A stretch of 10,948 nucleotides of DNA from Candidatus Omnitrophota bacterium (GTDB taxonomy: Bacteria > Omnitrophota > Gorgyraeia > Duberdicusellales > 4484-171): the NCBI GenBank assembly GCA_021735045.1, contig JAIPHU010000022.1:1-10948 (forward strand), written 5' to 3'. The translations under genes were made by a program, and so were the position numbers. The notes beneath the pieces were generated by a model. That model saw only the letters and a list, made by a program, of their open reading frames with translations. It searched no databases and was not told where the DNA came from. Positions 1 through 5,733 of this stretch are shown here, piece after piece (the first letter of the stretch is position 1; each line of letters opens with the position of its first letter).

Positions 1-1395
1 ATAAAAAAAATTATCTCTTACTACCAAGATAAAAAAAAGAGGGCTAACCTTATGGATTTTTCTGATCTATTAAGTAAATGGCTTAAACTGCTGCAAGATA
101 AAGAGATAGCAGAAAAATACTCAAAGATTTTTAGATATATTTTAGTCGATGAATACCAAGATACCAATAAAATCCAATTTGAAATCCTAAAAAAATTATC
201 TGCTTATCATAAAAATATCTTAGTCGTCGGAGATGATGCCCAATCTATCTACTCTTTTCGCGCAGCCCAAATTAGTAATCTCCTAGATTTTCCTAAAACC
301 TTTAAAACCAAGAAAATCTTTAAACTAGAGACTAACTACCGCTCAACCCCTCAAATACTTAACTTAGCAAATTCAATAATCAAACACAATGTCTATCAAT
401 ATCCCAAAAAACTAAAAGCAGTAAGAAACGATGACCAAAAGCCTTGTTTGGTCAGTGCAAAAGATGTTTACCAACAGGCTAAATTTGTCGGCCAGCATAT
501 CCTCAAACTAAGCCAAGAAGGTATTCCTCTTTCAGAGATGGCAGTTCTTTTCCGCTCCCGTTTTCAAGCCCTTGAACTGGAGATGGAGATGACCAAACGC
601 AATATACCCTATATCATAAGGGGCGGTTTGCGCTTTTTTGAACAAGCTCACATAAAAGATGTTATCTCATTTTTAAAAATCCTAGTTAATCCTCATGATG
701 AAATATCTTTTAAGCGAGCCCTTTCTCTTTATCGGGGAATCGGTAAAAACTATGCTTACCGAATTTGGGAAAATTTAATAATTAAAAATAACTCTCCAGA
801 TAAAATATTAGAAAAGCTTCCTAAAAGGCAAAAGGCAGGGTTTAAAGAGTTTAATAAACTTTATGCAAAATTAAAAAAGCTAAAACTGCCCGAAGATGCT
901 TTAGAGCAAATCCTTAATATCTATAAAGAATACTGTTATCTTAGTTTTGATAATGCTGCCGAGCGGCTTCTGGACTTAGACGAGATGGCCAAAATGTCAG
1001 CTAACTACCCTACTATTAAAAAGTTCCTCGGTGATATAGGTTCCCATGAAGAGTTTAAAGGAGAAAAACGTTCCCCAGAAAAAAAAGATCAAGAAGTTCT
1101 TACCCTTACCACTATTCATCAAGCTAAAGGGCTGGAGTGGGAGGCAGTTTTTATTATCGGCTTTTGTGAATACGACTTTCCCCACGCAAAAGCCCTCAGC
1201 AGCCAAGAATCTCTTGAAGAAGAACGAAGACTATTTTATGTAGCTACCACCCGAACTAAATCTCTTCTTTATATAAGTTATCCCCAAACTAAGTTCAGCC
1301 ATAAAACAGGAGTTATTATTACCCGTCCTTCAATGTTTGCCCAGGAATTGCCTGTCAAAACTTACGAAGAAATAGTAGTTGAAGAAGATATATAG
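1..1395 (+). CDS. UvrD/PcrA/Rep-family ATP-dependent DNA helicase (superfamily 1A), 5'-truncated by the window edge
   Basis: Frame 1 is open from base 1 (IKKIISYYQDKKKRANL precedes the listed Met at 52), so the gene starts upstream of the window. SF1 helicase motifs appear in order: ILVDEYQDTN (motif II), VVGDDAQSIYSFRAA (III), ETNYRSTPQIL (IV), TIHQAKGLEWEAVFIIG (V), EEERRLFYVATTRTK (VI). Stop TAG at 1393-1395. Confidence 0.9.
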   Translation: MKKIISYYQDKKKRANLMDFSDLLSKWLKLLQDKEIAEKYSKIFRYILVDEYQDTNKIQFEILKKLSAYHKNILVVGDDAQSIYSFRAAQISNLLDFPKTFKTKKIFKLETNYRSTPQILNLANSIIKHNVYQYPKKLKAVRNDDQKPCLVSAKDVYQQAKFVGQHILKLSQEGIPLSEMAVLFRSRFQALELEMEMTKRNIPYIIRGGLRFFEQAHIKDVISFLKILVNPHDEISFKRALSLYRGIGKNYAYRIWENLIIKNNSPDKILEKLPKRQKAGFKEFNKLYAKLKKLKLPEDALEQILNIYKEYCYLSFDNAAERLLDLDEMAKMSANYPTIKKFLGDIGSHEEFKGEKRSPEKKDQEVLTLTTIHQAKGLEWEAVFIIGFCEYDFPHAKALSSQESLEEERRLFYVATTRTKSLLYISYPQTKFSHKTGVIITRPSMFAQELPVKTYEEIVVEEDI

Positions 1396-1423
1396 ATAAA
1401 ATTATAGGTTATTTTTGTTCTTT

Positions 1424-1432
1424 TGTTATAAT
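1424..1432 (+). promoter_or_regulatory. Extended -10 promoter element (TGTTATAAT) upstream of pncC
   Basis: TGnTATAAT at 1424-1432. Only 6 nt (AATTCT) separate it from the ATG at 1439. No good -35 box is present. Confidence 0.4.
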
Positions 1433-1438
1433 AATTCT

Positions 1439-1909
1439 ATGACCTTAGAAAATAAGATATTTAAAAACTTAAAAAACAAAAATTTAACTTTAGCCACGGT
1501 TGAATCAGCAACCGGCGGATATCTTTCTTATCTTTTAACTAAAATTCCAGGAAGCTCTACAATTTTTAAAGGCTCTTTTGTGGTTTATTCTCTCGATAGT
1601 AAAAATAAGTTATTTAAATTGCCGAAAAATTTGCTTCAAGAAACCCAGGGAGTATCTAAAGAAGTAGCAGCTTATCTAGCAGAAAAAATCAGAAAAAAAC
1701 TTAAAACTAATATTGGGATATCGGTAGTCGGTTTTGCCGGGCCAACTGCAAAAAAAGGCATAAAGGTCGGAACCACTTTTTTGGCAATTTCAGATAAAGA
1801 AAGAATTTTTGTAACCAGTGCAGTCATCGATGGCAGCCGAGACAAGGTGCGAAAAAAAACTGCTAAACTTGCAGCCGAAATCCTCTACCAATACCTAAAA
1901 ACTTTATAG
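1439..1909 (+). CDS. pncC: Stand-alone CinA C-terminal domain protein / nicotinamide-nucleotide amidohydrolase PncC family
   Basis: LTLATVESATGGYLSYLLTKIPGSSTIFKGSFVVYS and GISVVGFAGP match the CinA-C/PncC signature (TxAESCTGG...PGSS...G.V.YS...TGIAGP). I prefer the ATG at 1439 (MTLENK...) over the TTG at 1415 in the ORF track, because family members begin a few residues before the TLATxES motif. Confidence 0.85.
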   Translation: MTLENKIFKNLKNKNLTLATVESATGGYLSYLLTKIPGSSTIFKGSFVVYSLDSKNKLFKLPKNLLQETQGVSKEVAAYLAEKIRKKLKTNIGISVVGFAGPTAKKGIKVGTTFLAISDKERIFVTSAVIDGSRDKVRKKTAKLAAEILYQYLKTL

Positions 1910-1931
1910 ACTATTGGTACCGGTAAACATA

Positions 1932-1959
1932 GAACGCCGAACGTTGAACGTCGAACAAA
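1932..1959. repeat. Degenerate 7-bp tandem array, 4 units, consensus GAACGTC
   Basis: GAACGCC GAACGTT GAACGTC GAACAAA, ending 3 nt before the thpR ATG. Confidence 0.8.
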
Positions 1960-1962
1960 ACC

Positions 1963-2511
1963 ATGAGAACTTTTATCGCATTAGACCTCACCGATGAAAT
2001 TAAAGCAAAAATAAAAGAAGTTACCGGTAAGTTAAAAGATTTACCGATTAAAGTTAAATGGGTAAATAGCAAAAATTTACATATCACCCTCAAGTTTTTA
2101 GGAAATATCGACTCAGATAAGCTCAGCCAAATAAAAAAAATCATCAGCGCCAGCAGCTGCTGCTGTAGCCCTTTTGAGCTTTGCCTAAAAGATTTTGGTT
2201 TTTTCCCTAACCCAAAAAAGCCCAGAGTCTTTTTTATCAATTTTTCTTCTGACAAAATATTAGAAATTTTAGTAAAAGCTTTAAGAAAAAAATTAAACCA
2301 GATCGGTTTTAAAGAAGATAAAAAATTTAGATCGCACATAACTTTAGCCAGAGTTAAAAGCCTCAAGAATATAAAGCAGTTAACTCAGAAGGTTGAGCAA
2401 TTAAAAGTCAAAGGAAAATTTAAGGTAGGTAAGATTTCCCTCTTTAAAAGCACTTTGACTCAAAAAGGGCCTCTCTATGAAGAAATTTTTAAAAGTAACC
2501 TCAAAAGCTGA
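1963..2511 (+). CDS. thpR: RNA 2',3'-cyclic phosphodiesterase (2H phosphoesterase, LigT/ThpR family)
   Basis: About 180 aa with an MRTFIALDL N-terminus and the two diagnostic HxT motifs (LHITLKFLG and SHITLARVK). FGFFPNPKKPRV lies between them. Stop TGA at 2509-2511. Confidence 0.85.
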   Translation: MRTFIALDLTDEIKAKIKEVTGKLKDLPIKVKWVNSKNLHITLKFLGNIDSDKLSQIKKIISASSCCCSPFELCLKDFGFFPNPKKPRVFFINFSSDKILEILVKALRKKLNQIGFKEDKKFRSHITLARVKSLKNIKQLTQKVEQLKVKGKFKVGKISLFKSTLTQKGPLYEEIFKSNLKS

Positions 2512-2960
2512 AGGGTTAAGTTAGCATATACAGCGGCTATAAGGTCATCACCAACGATCCCCCAAGAACCTGATTTTTTCTCTATCTTGTTGGCAGGAGC
2601 TATTTTTATAATATCAAATAATCTAAACAGGAAAAAACCAACTAAAATAAAAAGAAAAGTCCGGGGCACAAATAAAAAAGTAATTAAAATCCCAGCTAAC
2701 TCATCAACCACTATCTGTTTTGAATCTTTTTGGCCCAGTAGTTTTTCAGCCTTACCAGAAATAAAAAATGCTAAAACAACTATAAAAACAGTCAGTAAAG
2801 CAAATATTATCTGATTTTTAATCAACCAAACAAACAGCAAGCCAAACAAAGATCCAGCTGTCCCCGGGCAAGCGGGGATAAAACCTATTCCCAACAACGA
2901 AGCCAAACCTATAATAATTTTGTCTTTTAGTTTACTTTTTTTAATATTGACTTTGGACAT
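2475..2960 (-). CDS. pgpA: Phosphatidylglycerophosphatase A
   Basis: GIGFIPACPGTAGSLFG motif, multiple hydrophobic helices, and C-terminal GIVGDDLIAAVYA typical of PgpA. I prefer the ATG at 2960 (MSKVNIKK...) over the TTG at 2984, which would overlap the pgsA stop. Stop TAG at 2475-2477. Confidence 0.85.
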   Translation of the reverse strand: MSKVNIKKSKLKDKIIIGLASLLGIGFIPACPGTAGSLFGLLFVWLIKNQIIFALLTVFIVVLAFFISGKAEKLLGQKDSKQIVVDELAGILITFLFVPRTFLFILVGFFLFRLFDIIKIAPANKIEKKSGSWGIVGDDLIAAVYANLTLQLLRLLLKISS

Positions 2961-2981
2961 AGGACGTTGGACTTTGGACTT
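2947..2981. repeat. Degenerate 7-bp tandem array, 5 units, consensus TGGACTT
   Basis: TTGACTT TGGACAT AGGACGT TGGACTT TGGACTT. It spans the pgsA stop to pgpA start spacer and the first codons of pgpA. Confidence 0.8.
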
Positions 2982-3547
2982 CAAAAAGTTTTGATAGTTT
3001 GGCGATTAACCCAGAAATAATAAATTCCGGAGAAAAGAGTTATGGCCACAATATACCACATCACAATTGGAATTCCCAACCTATAAAGAAAGTCAGTAAT
3101 TTTAGCTTGCGGGAAAGTCTTAGAAAGAATCAAAAAAGTAAAGATAATCAAAACACCGGAAATCTGAGAAGCGGTTTTGTGCTTGCCTAACCCCTGAGCT
3201 GCTAAAACCACTCCTTTGCGTAAGCTATAAAGACGCAGGCTAGTTACAATAAACTCCCGAAACAAAATAGCAATAACCATCCAAACGCTAATCAAGTTAA
3301 TTTCTACAAAAGCAGCAAAAACACCGATAATTAAAATCTTATCAGCAATCGGATCAAGAATCTTACCTAAATCAGTAGTATGGCCATGCTTGCGGGCAAA
3401 ATAGCCATCTAACCAATCGGTAAATGAAGCAACTATAAATAGGCAAAGAGCTACTATATGAAACGAAAAGGTGTTAAGTAAGATAAAACCCACACAAAAA
3501 AAAGCAAGAATGATTCGTAAAAATGTAAGTTTGTTAGATATATTCAT
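2981..3547 (-). CDS. pgsA: CDP-diacylglycerol--glycerol-3-phosphate 3-phosphatidyltransferase
   Basis: CDP-alcohol phosphatidyltransferase motif DWLDGYFARKHGHTTDLGKILDPIADK and the N-terminal NKLTFLRI typical of PgsA. The start is uncertain. The ATG at 3547 (MNISNKLT) sits 10 nt after an AAGGGGA Shine-Dalgarno-like box. ATG 3556 and ATG 3598 are in-frame alternatives. Confidence 0.85.
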   Translation of the reverse strand: MNISNKLTFLRIILAFFCVGFILLNTFSFHIVALCLFIVASFTDWLDGYFARKHGHTTDLGKILDPIADKILIIGVFAAFVEINLISVWMVIAILFREFIVTSLRLYSLRKGVVLAAQGLGKHKTASQISGVLIIFTFLILSKTFPQAKITDFLYRLGIPIVMWYIVAITLFSGIYYFWVNRQTIKTF

Positions 3548-3561
3548 ATTGTTCATTCCCC

Positions 3562-3600
3562 TTATGCAACAAAACAGGTTCAAACAGAAATGTTGCATAA
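3562..3600 (-). promoter_or_regulatory. Perfect 9-bp inverted repeat in the pgsA leader
   Basis: TTATGCAAC (3562-3570) and GTTGCATAA (3592-3600) are exact reverse complements separated by 21 nt. On the mRNA the 3' arm abuts the AAGGGGA Shine-Dalgarno-like box. Confidence 0.35.
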
Positions 3601-3621
3601 GGATTAAGTCCGGCCTTTTGT

Positions 3622-3650
3622 ATTATACTATTTTAATTATCAGTTATCAA
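3622..3650 (-). promoter_or_regulatory. Sigma-70-type promoter for pgsA-pgpA
   Basis: The - strand reads TTGATA (3650-3645), a 17-nt spacer, then TATAAT (3627-3622). It lies in the rimO-pgsA spacer. The -35 hexamer is part of the heptad array. Confidence 0.6.
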
Positions 3651-3664
3651 TTATCAATTATTCT
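3637..3664. repeat. Degenerate 7-bp tandem array, 4 units, consensus TTATCAA
   Basis: TTATCAG TTATCAA TTATCAA TTATTCT. It includes the rimO stop codon and the -35 box of the pgsA promoter. Confidence 0.8.
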
Positions 3665-4911
3665 GCTACTAAATCATATTCAAGGCTGTCGCTAACTTTA
3701 ACTTTATAAAATCGGCCTATTTTTAAATTGTTCCTTTTTATAAACACTACTCCATCAACTTCAGGGGCATCGTATTGAGTCCTGCCGATATAAAAACCTT
3801 CCCTTTTTTCTAAAACCAAAACCGTAATCTTTTTACCCACAAATTGTTCTAATTTTTCAGCGGCAACTTTTTGTTGTGCTTCCATAACCTGGCGCAGGCG
3901 TCTTTTTTTAGTCATATGATGTATATGGCCGGATAGTTGGGCTGCTTGGGTGCCCTCTTCTTGTGAGTAAGCAAAGGCACCTAACTTATCAAACTTCATC
4001 GCTTTGATAAAATCAAGCAGTTGCCTGAATTCAGCTTCGGTTTCAGTAGGAAACCCCACTATAACTGATGTTCTAATTGCACAGTCCGGTATTTTTTTTC
4101 TGATTTTTTTAACTAAAGCGATAATATTTTCAGGAGTTGTTTTTCGATTCATCAACTTTAAAATTCTTTTGTTTATATGCTGGATAGGTAAATCTATATA
4201 GTTACAGATCTTTTCTTCGCTGGCAATTAAATCAATTAAATCATTACTAAAATGCTTAGGATGGGTATAGATAAGGCGAATCCACTTTATCTTTTTTATT
4301 GTCTTAATTATCGATTTTAAGAGATCAGTTAAGTTTTCTTTTTTACCGAGGTCTTTTCCCCAGCTGGTAATATCTTGGCCGATTATGTTTAGTTCTTTTA
4401 TCCCTGATTTATCTATCTTTTTTACTTCTTTTAAAACCTCTGGAATCGGCCGGCTGGCCAAAGGCCCTTTGATCAGCGGTATCGCACAGTAACTACATTT
4501 ATTTATGCAGCCTTCACATATTTTTAGAAAATCTATAGGCTTAGCTTCAATAAACCTTTCTTGATAAGTCTTTTCAAAAGGTTCAACCCCCCACCACTTA
4601 TCAACTTGAAGAAAATGTTTTTTTAGTTGCTTACCAAATCTTTCTACCAAGCAACCAAAAACATAAACCTCTTTTACCTTTTTTTCTTTTTTCAGTTCTA
4701 TAGCTTCTTTAATTACCTGAATTGATTCCAGTTTAGCCGGATCGATAAAGCCACAACTGTTAACCAGTAAAATATCGGCCCTATTTTTTTTACTTATCTC
4801 ATCAGGCTCTAATAAATTATATCCTTTAGCTAAAAACCTATTTACCACAACCTCTGAATCATAACGGTTACGAAAACAGCCCAAGGTCACTATTGAAAAT
4901 ATCTTTTTCAT
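3658..4911 (-). CDS. rimO: Ribosomal protein S12 (Asp88) methylthiotransferase, radical SAM MTTase
   Basis: N-terminal MTTase domain (TLGCFRNRYDSE), radical SAM cluster CINKCSYC, and a C-terminal TRAM domain. The RimO-typical GRTQYDAPEVDGVVFI and a terminal YDLVAE are present. Confidence 0.85.
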   Translation of the reverse strand: MKKIFSIVTLGCFRNRYDSEVVVNRFLAKGYNLLEPDEISKKNRADILLVNSCGFIDPAKLESIQVIKEAIELKKEKKVKEVYVFGCLVERFGKQLKKHFLQVDKWWGVEPFEKTYQERFIEAKPIDFLKICEGCINKCSYCAIPLIKGPLASRPIPEVLKEVKKIDKSGIKELNIIGQDITSWGKDLGKKENLTDLLKSIIKTIKKIKWIRLIYTHPKHFSNDLIDLIASEEKICNYIDLPIQHINKRILKLMNRKTTPENIIALVKKIRKKIPDCAIRTSVIVGFPTETEAEFRQLLDFIKAMKFDKLGAFAYSQEEGTQAAQLSGHIHHMTKKRRLRQVMEAQQKVAAEKLEQFVGKKITVLVLEKREGFYIGRTQYDAPEVDGVVFIKRNNLKIGRFYKVKVSDSLEYDLVAE

Positions 4912-4946
4912 TTCTATCTTCTAACTTCTAATTTCTATTCTCTATT
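4912..4946. repeat. Degenerate 7-bp tandem array, 5 units, consensus TTCTAAT
   Basis: TTCTATC TTCTAAC TTCTAAT TTCTATT CTCTATT. It fills the whole rodZ-rimO spacer, from the rodZ stop to the base before the rimO ATG. Confidence 0.85.
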
Positions 4947-5733
4947 TGTTTACGGTGATTCCGGAAGAGTTTATCACTAAACTTTTTATCGGCTTGTGTA
5001 TCGAAGAGAGCTTGGGGATAGACTCACCATCTACTTCTAGGTATACTGCTGAACCATCACTGATTGTAAATTCCAACTCTTTGTCGGCTTTCCAGGTTTC
5101 AACCTCACCTTTTTCTAAAACTCCATCAAAGATAATTTTTCCATCTGAGATAGCCTTTATATAACAATCTTTTTTTACAGTCAAAGATGCTGTTATCTGG
5201 TCTAACTGGCCAACAGCCGGTTTTGCTATATCTGTTTGAGCCGATTTTTTAGGCTTTTCTTGGGCCGTTGCTGTTTTTTGCTTTTCTGCTTTGGGCCTAT
5301 TTCTAAAAAAAGTTAAAACTTTTCTAAAAGAAAATCTTATTCCTAAAAACCCCAACCATAAAACAATTAAAACAACTGCAATAGCTACTATATTTTTTCT
5401 CACTCGGGGCGGTATCTGAGCTAGCTTTTTAAATACAAATTTAAAAAACTTAAAAGCAGGATTTTGGCCCGGTTGTCTTTTTTCTTTCTTTTTTACCCGG
5501 GAGCCAACCTTCTTTTTTATCTCCTCCAGTTCATCGTTTATTTCTACACCTAAAAAAGATGCATAAATTTTAATAAAGCCTTTTATATAGATTGGAGTTA
5601 TACCTTCAAGGTTGCAACTTTCGATACCCCTTATAACCGAAGGATGCAGTTTTGTTTGCTTAACCACTTCTTCAATGCTATAGCCGGCTTCTTTTCTTTT
5701 ATCTTTTATTTTCCTACATAGTTCTTCAATCAT
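4942..5733 (-). CDS. rodZ: RodZ-like cytoskeleton protein (N-terminal HTH, single TM helix, C-terminal DUF4115)
   Basis: The N-terminal XRE-like HTH (GYSIEEVVKQTKLHPSVIRGIES) is followed by IYIKGFIKIYASFLGVE, the RodZ signature. Then come a basic linker, the TM helix IVAIAVVLIVLWLGFLGI, and a C-terminal beta-rich domain (AVYLEVDGESI). The ATG overlaps the ftsK stop (ATGA). Confidence 0.75.
   Translation of the reverse strand: MIEELCRKIKDKRKEAGYSIEEVVKQTKLHPSVIRGIESCNLEGITPIYIKGFIKIYASFLGVEINDELEEIKKKVGSRVKKKEKRQPGQNPAFKFFKFVFKKLAQIPPRVRKNIVAIAVVLIVLWLGFLGIRFSFRKVLTFFRNRPKAEKQKTATAQEKPKKSAQTDIAKPAVGQLDQITASLTVKKDCYIKAISDGKIIFDGVLEKGEVETWKADKELEFTISDGSAVYLEVDGESIPKLSSIHKPIKSLVINSSGITVNK

Noticed and set aside
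1079-1086. Repeated A8 homopolymer tracts inside coding regions (for example near 4-10, 31-38, 1079-1086, 1851-1858, 2135-2142, 3488-3495)
   Set aside because: All are in-frame lysine-rich stretches, as expected from the base composition. No frameshifted continuation ORFs are visible.
997-1243. Short ORFs overlapping the helicase gene (69 aa on -, 65 aa on +)
   Set aside because: They are off-frame or antisense shadows inside a conserved helicase domain, with no independent support. The same reasoning applies to 2587-2814, 2999-3190, 3471-3695, 4004-4201 and 4946-5164.
1415-1438. Longer N-terminal extensions offered by the ORF track (TTG 1415 for pncC; also TTG 2984 for pgpA, ATG 3598 for pgsA, TTG 10701 for xseB)
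   Set aside because: The extensions are non-conserved-looking peptides (MFFCYNNS, MKSKVQRP, MQHFCLNLFCCIRG) that run through promoter or repeat sequence. Internal ATGs fit family N-termini and, where present, the Shine-Dalgarno spacing.
2151-2162. Perfect 12-bp palindrome CAGCAGCTGCTG inside thpR, encoding the odd SSCCC stretch
   Set aside because: It has no loop, so it cannot form a stable hairpin. It is in-frame coding sequence in a variable part of the 2H fold, with no flanking signal. I treat it as a curiosity only.
1911-2366. 151-aa ORF on the - strand, antisense to thpR
   Set aside because: It lies entirely inside the well-supported thpR gene. Its sequence is low-complexity and K/L/F-rich with no recognisable motif. 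This is the expected kind of shadow ORF in AT-rich DNA.
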